DNA of 28,682 nt. Source: an uncultured Verrucomicrobiota bacterium (lineage in GTDB: Bacteria; Verrucomicrobiota; Kiritimatiellia; CAYTQP01; CAZOLK01). Where the stretch lies: the NCBI GenBank assembly GCA_964580325.1, contig CAZOLK010000051.1:1-28682 (forward strand), in the 5' to 3' direction. Below are positions 9,011 through 16,642 of this stretch, piece after piece (position 1 is the first letter of the stretch; the number at the start of each line of letters is the position of its first letter). Under the pieces are notes generated by a model. It was not told the DNA's origin and did no database searches. It saw only the letters and a program-made list of their open reading frames with translations. The position numbers and the translations under genes are program-made.

Positions 9011-10183
9011 ATGCTGCACCAGATCAACATCCTGCATATCGAAGACAGCCCAATCGACAGCGCCTTGATCAAAGGTATGCTAGAATTGGACGAGCAGCAG
9101 CGTTTCACCTTGGAAAACGCCAAAAGCTTTGCCGAAGCTTGCCAGTTATTCATCCGAAACAAGTACTCGTTGATCCTGTGCGACTTGAACCTGCCCGACA
9201 TCATGGGCCGCGACACCGTGATCAACTTGCAGGAATTCGCAAAGTCAACGCCGATCATCATCCTGACCGCCAATGACGATGAGGCATTCAGTCGTGAAAT
9301 GGTGCAACTGGGTGTACAGGATTACCTGGTCAAAGGACATTTCAACTCTGATCTGCTCAAGCGCGTGATCTACTATGCCATCGAACGTTTCGAGGTGTTG
9401 AAAAAACTGGAACGCAAACAGGTCCAACTGGCCCATGCCGGGCGCCTGATCTCGCTGGGCGAAATGTCCGCTGGCCTGGCCCACGAATTAAACAATCCCC
9501 TGCAGATCATCCGCTCCGCCATCGATTTAATTGAAGTCACCTTTCGCGAACCCGACTGTGACGATGACGAGATCCAGTTGATGATCGATCGCATCAAAAA
9601 ACATGTCACACGGGCCAGCAATATCATCAACAACATGCGCATGTTTGTGCGCCAGGGCAACATTGGCGAAACCCATACGGTCAACCTGCGCGAAGCCATC
9701 CTGCAGGCCATGAACTTCATGCGTCAGCGTCTCTACCAGCATAATATCGATTATCGCGAGGAATTGGCGCCCAAACCCTGGCCGGTCAAAGCCCATACGC
9801 AACGCTTTGAACAGGTGGTGATCAACTTGGTCAGCAATGCTTTTCACGCCATCGAATCCAAGGTCTATCAACGTGGAGAACCGCGCCAACTGACCATTAC
9901 CCTGCAAAACATAAGGCAACTGCCCGCTTATATGACGCAGTCGGACAGCAAACAAGACGCGTGGGTGCTGATGGAAGTGAGCAATAACGGCAGCCCCATG
10001 AGCGAGGAGCAGCAAATGAACTGCTTCGAACCGTTTTACACGACCCGTACCGAAGGCATTGGCCTGGGCCTGTCCATCGCTTCCTCGCTGATCAGGGATT
10101 TCAACGGCATCATCGATGTCTGTGCGCGCGATGACCTCACCGTGTTTGGCGTAGCCCTGTCGGCCATAGGACAAACAGATTGA
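9011..10183 (+). CDS. Hybrid kinase with N-terminal receiver followed by HisKA and HATPase_c (REC-HK)
   Basis: The receiver reads INILHIEDSPID...LILCDLNLPDIMG...IIILTAND. The H-box is GEMSAGLAHELNNPL, and the ATPase motifs are LVSNAFHAIE and GIGLGLSIASSLI. The start was chosen at the Met directly after the upstream stop (TGAAATG), which has GGAGG about 12 nt upstream. The ORF-track start at 8993 is an alternative. Confidence 0.8.
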   Translation: MLHQINILHIEDSPIDSALIKGMLELDEQQRFTLENAKSFAEACQLFIRNKYSLILCDLNLPDIMGRDTVINLQEFAKSTPIIILTANDDEAFSREMVQLGVQDYLVKGHFNSDLLKRVIYYAIERFEVLKKLERKQVQLAHAGRLISLGEMSAGLAHELNNPLQIIRSAIDLIEVTFREPDCDDDEIQLMIDRIKKHVTRASNIINNMRMFVRQGNIGETHTVNLREAILQAMNFMRQRLYQHNIDYREELAPKPWPVKAHTQRFEQVVINLVSNAFHAIESKVYQRGEPRQLTITLQNIRQLPAYMTQSDSKQDAWVLMEVSNNGSPMSEEQQMNCFEPFYTTRTEGIGLGLSIASSLIRDFNGIIDVCARDDLTVFGVALSAIGQTD

Positions 10184-10228
10184 ATTCAGCCCAAAGGGGT
10201 ATCCACGTAACAAGGCGACCCGGATAGA

Positions 10229-10741
10229 TCAGAACAAACATTCATGATCTATGGCGACCACAACCCGGCGTCTGCGTTTGCCATAGGTGATGATCCCTTC
10301 CATGGGTTCGACGAAATCATCGATGCTCTTGATCCGACCGTCGAACACCGCGGTGTTGTTGAGCGTGTGCTTTAAACACGCGTTTTTCCAGCCACCAGTA
10401 AAGATGACCTGACGCAAATAGCGGAACTTGACCAGGATCGCACGCAACCGCTCCGACTGGGCATTGACGTTATCGCCGCTGAAACAGGGCACAAAATCGA
10501 CACGGTCGCTGAACTCCCGCAGAAAGTCCGGCAACTCGGTATCGTTCTGTTGCAAGCCAAGTATAATAACCGCCATCTCACGGAAGAGCTGACTCTTGAT
10601 TTTGCGCTTCAAGAGGGTAATATACCCCTTCGGATCCGTGATCACTTTACTGCACGCCAGCGCGAACTCATCGGGATGGACCACCACGTAGGCTGTGACA
10701 GGCCCCTCGTCCACACCTGATCTGGTCCGATCACTCATCAT
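10229..10741 (-). CDS. Hypothetical 170-aa protein translationally coupled to cheR; family not recognised
   Basis: The ORF is intact and overlaps the CheR stop by ATGA, so it belongs to the same operon. I recognise no motif; it does not match CheD, CheC or CheX signatures by eye. Confidence 0.5.
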   Translation of the reverse strand: MMSDRTRSGVDEGPVTAYVVVHPDEFALACSKVITDPKGYITLLKRKIKSQLFREMAVIILGLQQNDTELPDFLREFSDRVDFVPCFSGDNVNAQSERLRAILVKFRYLRQVIFTGGWKNACLKHTLNNTAVFDGRIKSIDDFVEPMEGIITYGKRRRRVVVAIDHECLF

Positions 10742-11589
10742 GCTTTCCGATAATAATACTTATGCTTTACGCGAAAATCAAGATCCGGGACATAGTTGGT
10801 GATCGGATAAGCCAGGCTGAGAAACAGGTAACCGCCCGGCGCCAGGCTCTCGTACAACGCACGGATGACCCGTTGCTGCGCATCCATGCTGAAATAGAAA
10901 AGCACATTCTTACAGAAGACAAAGTCAAAATTGCGCATGGCGCGCAAACTGGCAAAATCGGTCAGGTTCAAACAAGAGAACTGGACCATCTGCTTGACGA
11001 TCGGTTTGACCGCATAACCTTTGACGCCGTAATCGCAATACCGGTAGCTGAACGATTCGGGCAGCGTGCGCTCCAGCTCGCGGCTGTACACGCCTTGCCG
11101 GGCGATCTCCAGGTAATGGCGCGAGATGTCCGTGGCCGCAATCATGTAGCGCCACGTCTCGTTCCGCCCTGCGTCAAGCATCAGCATGGCCAGCGAATAG
11201 GGCTCTTCGCCCGTGGAACAGCCGGCGGACCAGGCCTTCAGCAACTGGCTGCCACGAACACGCTTGGTCTGCTTGACTTCAGGCAGACACTCCTCGACAA
11301 ACACTTCCAGTTGACGCTGATCCCGAAAAAAAAAGGTTTCGTTGACGATCAGCAACTCCAGGAAATACTGGAACTCACCCTCGAGTCGCTGGTCCGCGGC
11401 CAGCAATTGATAGTATTCGTCAAAGGTCAGATCAAGTGCGCTCATGCGCTTTTGCAGACTGCTGGACAGGCCATATTGTTGCTTGGCCGCCATCTCGATG
11501 CCGGTGCGCATCTGTACCAGGGCGCCGACGGTTTCGATATCTTCAGCAACAGGTTTACGATAAGGCATAATATATTCCTTTGGAAACAA
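10738..11589 (-). CDS. cheR: CheR-type chemoreceptor glutamate methyltransferase
   Basis: The motifs ETFFFRDQ, the SAM-binding WSAGCSTGEEPYSLAM and DFVFCKNVLFYF are CheR hallmarks. Confidence 0.9.
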   Translation of the reverse strand: MFPKEYIMPYRKPVAEDIETVGALVQMRTGIEMAAKQQYGLSSSLQKRMSALDLTFDEYYQLLAADQRLEGEFQYFLELLIVNETFFFRDQRQLEVFVEECLPEVKQTKRVRGSQLLKAWSAGCSTGEEPYSLAMLMLDAGRNETWRYMIAATDISRHYLEIARQGVYSRELERTLPESFSYRYCDYGVKGYAVKPIVKQMVQFSCLNLTDFASLRAMRNFDFVFCKNVLFYFSMDAQQRVIRALYESLAPGGYLFLSLAYPITNYVPDLDFRVKHKYYYRKA

Positions 11590-11618
11590 TTCACTATACG
11601 TCTATTTGATATAATTGC

Positions 11619-11750
11619 AAGCCTTCCGATCAGCATTTTGGCCAGGCTGATGGGCTTGCACATATAGTCTTGCATACCCGCGGCCATGCCTTGCTTGCGG
11701 CTCTCTTCCAACGCATCCGCAGTCATGGCGAGATATATGGCGGGTTCGCA
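11619..11750 (-). pseudogene. Remnant of a receiver-domain gene (only the C-terminal beta4-alpha4-beta5-alpha5 part) upstream of cheR
   Basis: The translation PAIYLAMTADALEESRKQGMAAGMQDYMCKPISLAKMLIGRL is the C-terminal half of a CheY-like receiver. No phospho-acceptor Asp or DD pocket is encoded upstream in any frame. The upstream part of the listed ORF (TTG start) is the 31-bp repeat element rather than coding sequence. Confidence 0.5.
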
Positions 11751-11821
11751 GGCGCCGTAAGTTGGTGGCCCTTTGGACCGACGAGATGGCAACGTGATTA
11801 AGGAGAGCATTTCCAATTTTA

Positions 11822-11852
11822 GTGAACGATTACGGGCGACAATTACGGCCAA
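11822..11852. repeat. 31-bp element, left copy of an inverted repeat pair (partner at 21731-21761)
   Basis: GTGAACGATTACGGGCGACAATTACGGCCAA is the reverse complement of 21731-21761 with one mismatch. It contains an internal direct repeat CCGTAAT(T/C)GT x2. Confidence 0.85.
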
Positions 11853-11947
11853 TTAAATAAATAACCTTTTCGTTCTTTTTTTATCATGCTAAAACCAAAG
11901 GATCATATGGAAGTTGTCATCATATGTTTTGGGAATAAGCGGATGTG

Positions 11948-11997
<50 letters not shown>

Positions 11998-12042
11998 CAT
12001 TTTTCCCACGCTTTATTTCACCAAATGGACGGACTTGAGGAC

Positions 12043-13218
12043 ATGATGAAGAATACGGAATTATACAGACAGCTTGTTGCACATCACCGCCGGCAATACC
12101 AGTGCGACCCTTATCTAGTGGCCTATGCGCCCGGTCGCGTTGAGGTACTGGGCAATCATACCGACTACAACGAGGGCTTCGTGCTCTCCGCTGCCATCGA
12201 TACCGGCATTTTATTCGCGCTTTCCGAATCGGTTCGGGACCATTGCCGGCTTTTCTCGGTCAACATGAACGAACAGGTGACGTTTACCCCCGAATCCATT
12301 GAGCCGGACCTCCAGGCCGCGGCAGGCTGGAGCAATTACAGCAAAGGGGTTTTTAAACTGATCCAGGAGCGCCGGAAGCCGGATCGCTGTTTTGACGCGA
12401 CTTTGTGCAGCAACCTGGCCATGGGCGCCGGTTTGTCCAGTTCGGCGGCCATTGAAATATCCACGGCTCTGGCCTTGAGCACGTTTTATGGTTTGGACAT
12501 CGATCTCCTCGATCTAGCGAAAATCGGTCAGCGCGCGGAGCGCGAGTACGCAGGTGTCAGTTGCGGGCTGCTCGATCAACTCACCAGCTTGTTCGGTCGG
12601 CACAATGCCCTGGTGTACACCGATTTTCGCAGCCTGAACGTGAAACCCGTGAACATGCCGGAGCAGATCGTGTTCCTGCTTTGCAACACCAAGGTCAAGC
12701 ATAGTCTGGTGGATTCGGAGTACAATGAACGCCGCGCTTCATGCGAAAAGGCGGCCGCATTCTTCAATCAAGCGCGCGACCGCGAGATCAAGGCCCTGCG
12801 TGACGTGACTTGGGCGGAATGGGAAGCGCACCAAAACGCTATGGATCCCATGCTGGCCAAGCGCGCCGCTCATGTGATCGGTGAAAACGAGCGCGTGCGC
12901 AAAGCGCTCGATCTGCTCGAACACGATGACATGAAAGCGTTCGGTGAGTTGATGTTCGCCTCGCACGAAAGTTCGATTACGTATTTCGAAAACTCATGCC
13001 CTGAGCTGGACTTCGTGGTCTCATGCGCCCGTGACATACTGGGCGTGCTGGGCGCACGCCTGTCCGGCGGCGGTTTCGGCGGCAGTGCAATCCTGCTGCT
13101 GGAAAAACAGAACCTGGACAGCGTAGCCATGGCTCTGGAAAAGGCTTACGTGGAAAAGATCGGTCATCCCGCGGAAATCCGCACCGTACTACCTTCGGAC
13201 GGCGCCCGCATGGTTTGA
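12043..13218 (+). CDS. galK: Galactokinase (GHMP kinase family)
   Basis: The GalK signature PGRVEVLGNHTDYNEGFV and the GHMP ATP loop MGAGLSSSAA are present. The start was taken at the ATGATG preceded by GAGGA. The longer ORF-track N-terminus (from 11914) overlaps the tRNA-like fragment and is probably not translated. Confidence 0.85.
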   Translation: MMKNTELYRQLVAHHRRQYQCDPYLVAYAPGRVEVLGNHTDYNEGFVLSAAIDTGILFALSESVRDHCRLFSVNMNEQVTFTPESIEPDLQAAAGWSNYSKGVFKLIQERRKPDRCFDATLCSNLAMGAGLSSSAAIEISTALALSTFYGLDIDLLDLAKIGQRAEREYAGVSCGLLDQLTSLFGRHNALVYTDFRSLNVKPVNMPEQIVFLLCNTKVKHSLVDSEYNERRASCEKAAAFFNQARDREIKALRDVTWAEWEAHQNAMDPMLAKRAAHVIGENERVRKALDLLEHDDMKAFGELMFASHESSITYFENSCPELDFVVSCARDILGVLGARLSGGGFGGSAILLLEKQNLDSVAMALEKAYVEKIGHPAEIRTVLPSDGARMV

Positions 13219-13348
13219 ACACGCCGCTATGCCGTATTTCACCGTATCAACACGGCTAGACGGCTAGACCGGAAACATCACGTGGCGACGTCATGATGTA
13301 CATGATTTGTGCGGGGGATGAGTCGATGGAATCGATGGATTCTGATAG

Positions 13349-14641
13349 CTAGCGTAATTCATCGCGCACGAACTGGTAGAGCGCTTCCTGGCCAAAGTTG
13401 CCGGACTTGAGGACCAGCAGCAGGTTTTCACGGTCCGTGGGGAAGCAATAGGGAACGCCCGGCGCCAAGGGCAGGCCCACTTCAACGGCGCGGATGTCCA
13501 GCTTGCGGCAGACCGCACCCGAGGTTTCACCGCCGGCCACAATCAGCCGCCCGACCGCGCCGCGCTCCACCAGAGTTCCGGCTATGCCGGCCAGCGTATC
13601 GGCAATGCGCTCGCCGGTCCGGACACTGTTCAAACCCTGATCCGCGCCCATTTGCTGTATGCGCTCGATGCCGGCCCGGTCCATGGACGGGGCCTGGACC
13701 AGCGCACCGCCAGCCTGGTTCAACGCCGCTTCTGCCAGGTCCAGAACGTTGGCTGGATCATAGGTTCCTTGCACAATGGCCGGGATATCCAGGGTTAACT
13801 TTTTAAAGTCATGGGCTTCGGCATGTTGGGTCTGGCGCGCCGAGGTGGGTGACTGGCTGCCGGAAACGACCAACGTGGCGCGCGGCATAGCTTGCAGGCG
13901 CTTGCTGAAATCGAGCGGCTTGGTCTGGCACCCGTGGGCCGCGGGCAATGCTGCGGTGATGCCCGAGCCGCCGCTGATCAGGGGCCAGCCCCTGACCGCC
14001 ATAGCAATCCGGTCCAGGTCGTCCTGACAGACCGCGTCGGTCACCAGCCAGACCGCGCCTGCATCGACCAATTGCTCCAGTTTCTGGCCCAGGTCCGGCC
14101 CGCGCACCGTTTCCAGCGGAACCAGCTCTACCTTGCGGTCGGTCTGATATTGCAGCCAGCGCACCAGGTTGGCGTCGGTCATGGGGTTGAGCGGATGGTT
14201 GCGCAGAGCGGATTCGGACAGCAGTTTCCGGCCGACAAATAAATGGCCCTGGTACACCGTGCGTCCATTGACCACCAGGGCCGGGCAGACGATCGAAGCC
14301 CTGGCCAGCGGCAGTGCGCCCAGCGCCGCGTCAAGGGTCGGCCCGATATTGCCTTCGCGTGTGGAATCGAATGTCGAGCAGTACTTGATCTGGATTTGTC
14401 CCACGCCCAGGTCGCGCAGCAAACTAACGGCGCGCGATGTAGCCGCGGCAGCCAGCTCGGGCGCAACCGAGCGGTTCTGAGTTCCGATGACCACGGCCTG
14501 AAACGCGTCCAGCGCAACCGGCGGATGGGCCAGGTCATTTTCGTTCATGATCAACAGCGTGCGTGCACCTCGCTCGGTCAGCATGCCGGCCGCATCCGTG
14601 GCGCCTGTATTGTCGTCGGCGATAATGCCCCATTTCAGCAT
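13349..14641 (-). CDS. Four-carbon acid sugar kinase family protein (DUF1537; OtnK/YgbK-like 3-oxo-tetronate kinase family)
   Basis: The N-terminus GIIADDNTGATD and the C-terminal nucleotide-binding region VAGGETSGAV match the DUF1537 kinase family. Confidence 0.75.
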   Translation of the reverse strand: MLKWGIIADDNTGATDAAGMLTERGARTLLIMNENDLAHPPVALDAFQAVVIGTQNRSVAPELAAAATSRAVSLLRDLGVGQIQIKYCSTFDSTREGNIGPTLDAALGALPLARASIVCPALVVNGRTVYQGHLFVGRKLLSESALRNHPLNPMTDANLVRWLQYQTDRKVELVPLETVRGPDLGQKLEQLVDAGAVWLVTDAVCQDDLDRIAMAVRGWPLISGGSGITAALPAAHGCQTKPLDFSKRLQAMPRATLVVSGSQSPTSARQTQHAEAHDFKKLTLDIPAIVQGTYDPANVLDLAEAALNQAGGALVQAPSMDRAGIERIQQMGADQGLNSVRTGERIADTLAGIAGTLVERGAVGRLIVAGGETSGAVCRKLDIRAVEVGLPLAPGVPYCFPTDRENLLLVLKSGNFGQEALYQFVRDELR

Positions 14642-14656
14642 GGACTTGTCCTCACC

Positions 14657-15292
14657 TTACATTTGACGGTTGAGCAATTCGTTGACTTGCGCTTCGTTCA
14701 GCGCTTCACCGCCCTGGCGCACCCAGAGCCACTGGCGGCAGTTTTCCTCCAGCTCCTCCAGAATGCCCAGCGCCTTGCGCCCGGTCGGCCCCATAACCAG
14801 TACGCCATGGTTGCGCAACAACAGGGCACGGTGCTGTTGGACGCCTTGGGCAATAACCTGAGCCAGTTCCGCACTGCCTGGCGGGTGATAGGCCAGCACA
14901 GGGACGTGTCCGGCACGCATGACGAACTGCGGCGTGACCGACGGCAGCCGGTCGCCGACAGCCAGAAAAGTCGATGCGGCTATGGCGTGGCTCGGATGCG
15001 CATGCACCACACAGCGTACATCCGGACGCTGACGCAGAATCGCCAGGTGCCCGCCCTTCTCCTTGCTGGGACGCCGGTCATTGAGCGCGCAGCCATCGAG
15101 CGTCAACAGGGACAGGTTATCTATACGGATATCGGCCATACCCACGCCGGTCGGCGTAACCGCGCAGCGCCCGTCTTCGCCCGGCAGGCGGATGCTGGCG
15201 TTGCCGCTGGTCGACGTGCCCAGCCCACTGCGCGCCAGCGCGTGGCAGACATCCACCAACTCGCGCAAGGCTTGTTCGTCGCCCGTGTTCAT
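14657..15292 (-). CDS. Class II aldolase/adducin-family protein (OtnC/FucA-like)
   Basis: The motifs GNASIR, PSKEKGGH and VVHAHPSHA are typical of class II aldolases. The start was taken at MNTGDEQ, which overlaps the upstream stop by ATGA. The longer ORF-track N-terminus is unlikely. Confidence 0.7.
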   Translation of the reverse strand: MNTGDEQALRELVDVCHALARSGLGTSTSGNASIRLPGEDGRCAVTPTGVGMADIRIDNLSLLTLDGCALNDRRPSKEKGGHLAILRQRPDVRCVVHAHPSHAIAASTFLAVGDRLPSVTPQFVMRAGHVPVLAYHPPGSAELAQVIAQGVQQHRALLLRNHGVLVMGPTGRKALGILEELEENCRQWLWVRQGGEALNEAQVNELLNRQM

Positions 15293-15978
15293 TCCGTATC
15301 CCTGAAAGACGCGGCCCGCAGCTCGCGCAAAGTCGCGGCCAGGCGCTGCATGGCCGGTTGCGGACTGGAATAGATCGGGACCGCCCGAGTATCCTCGGGC
15401 AATTGTTCGACGATCCGCGCCATGGAAGCCTGAGCCAGGCATACGGCATCCACATCGCGCATCAGGTTTTCCAGCGCAGCCTTGACCAATCGGTCGTGGG
15501 CAGCCATGTCACCGGTGAACAGGGCGTCGTACGCACCTTCAACCAGGCACTCGACCACGACGGTATCGCGCCCTTCTTCGTCGGCCAGGTCACGGGTCAA
15601 CGCAACACTGGGCCGCAACGTAGCCGGATTGGTGGCGATCAAGCCGTTGCGCGCATGCTGTTGCACAGCGCTGCGCAGCATGGGATCGTCGATGCAGAGC
15701 ACCGGGATCGACGTCATCTGCCGCGCCAGCGGGGCGCATGGCGAAAGCGACGAGCAGGTGAGTTGAACCACACCGGCGCCGGCATCGGCCGCGGCCGTGA
15801 TGTGGTCGCACACCCGCCGGGTAATGGCCGGAGTCAAGCCGCCGGCCGCGAGCAGGCGCTGGATCAGGCTGTCGTCAGCCACATGGAACAGCTTGACGTC
15901 CGGAATGGTTTCGCACGCCAACTGATCGAACGCGTCACAGACCTTCCAGAGCGAATGCAACAGGCAAACCTTGATCAT
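15289..15978 (-). CDS. Asp/Glu/hydantoin racemase-family protein
   Basis: The fold-level resemblance is to the Asp/Glu racemase / arylmalonate decarboxylase superfamily (MIKVCLLHS..., paired Cys-containing segments). The start was taken at the Met that overlaps the upstream stop by ATGA. Confidence 0.5.
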   Translation of the reverse strand: MIKVCLLHSLWKVCDAFDQLACETIPDVKLFHVADDSLIQRLLAAGGLTPAITRRVCDHITAAADAGAGVVQLTCSSLSPCAPLARQMTSIPVLCIDDPMLRSAVQQHARNGLIATNPATLRPSVALTRDLADEEGRDTVVVECLVEGAYDALFTGDMAAHDRLVKAALENLMRDVDAVCLAQASMARIVEQLPEDTRAVPIYSSPQPAMQRLAATLRELRAASFRDTE

Positions 15979-16616
15979 GAAGCGTCTCCCCCGGGCTCCT
16001 GCTTGGGCAGCATGATTTCGATAAAGCCTTCGGTCTGGTCCAGGGTGAAGGGCATGAGCTGGGTGCGGAACGGTACATAGCCGTAGCAATCGCCGCTCTT
16101 GCGAATCTGAGCAGCTTCATAGGCAGTGTTGACGCGACGCTTGTACTCGTCCTTGACATCCTCGAACACAGCAGTCAGGCCGTTGCCAATGTAGTTGTCG
16201 GCTGTTTTGGCGTGGAGGTCGTAAGCGGTGCGGGTCAGCGCGCCTACGGTCTGGGCATAGAGCCAGTAGCGCAAGGTCTCCTGCCATGCTCCGCGCTGTA
16301 CCATGACCCAGGGCGTGACCTGGATCAGCATGGTGACGGCATAGTTCAACTCGCCAGTCCAGGCGCCGATTTGATCGTAGCCGAGGGCCTTATCCAGGAT
16401 GACCCGGGCCAGGGCCTGGGCCGCGTTGGTCGGCTCGCTAGTATCGCCGCCGTCCATGGCCGCGATGGTGTCGGCGACCTCCATAAAGGCCTTGCGGTAA
16501 TGGGTCGATATTTCAGCGGTCGCATTTTCAGCGATCAGCGCATCCGCGATTTCATTGGCCAATGCTTTCACTTTTTCATCAATATCCGGCCTGTTGTCGT
16601 GTGGTATATAGGGCAT
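15975..16616 (-). CDS. Hypothetical 213-aa protein, family not recognised, translationally coupled to the racemase-family gene
   Basis: The ORF is intact with RBS AAGGA and overlaps the downstream gene by ATGA. It has no signal peptide and no motif I can assign. Confidence 0.5.
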   Translation of the reverse strand: MPYIPHDNRPDIDEKVKALANEIADALIAENATAEISTHYRKAFMEVADTIAAMDGGDTSEPTNAAQALARVILDKALGYDQIGAWTGELNYAVTMLIQVTPWVMVQRGAWQETLRYWLYAQTVGALTRTAYDLHAKTADNYIGNGLTAVFEDVKDEYKRRVNTAYEAAQIRKSGDCYGYVPFRTQLMPFTLDQTEGFIEIMLPKQEPGGDAS

Positions 16617-16642
16617 ATCGTTTTCCTTACTATTCTACTTTT

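Noticed and set aside
10184-10228. Looked for a rho-independent terminator between the convergent REC-HK and cheR-operon ends, and likewise at 13219-13348
   Set aside because: No GC-rich hairpin followed by a T-tract is present. Only short palindromes (CACGTG, GACGTC, ATGTACAT) occur.
11668-11685. Second sigma54-like motif on the minus strand (TGGCCG-CGGG-TATGCA) about 80 nt upstream of cheR
   Set aside because: The spacing is right but three of the conserved -24 positions deviate, and it lies inside the receiver-remnant reading frame. A chance match cannot be excluded, so it was not called as a promoter.
11442-11852. 136-aa TTG-start ORF overlapping the cheR start
   Set aside because: Only the middle part looks like protein (a receiver C-terminal half). 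The 5' part is the 31-bp repeat element. The 3' part runs out of frame into cheR. It is treated as a gene remnant, not an intact gene.
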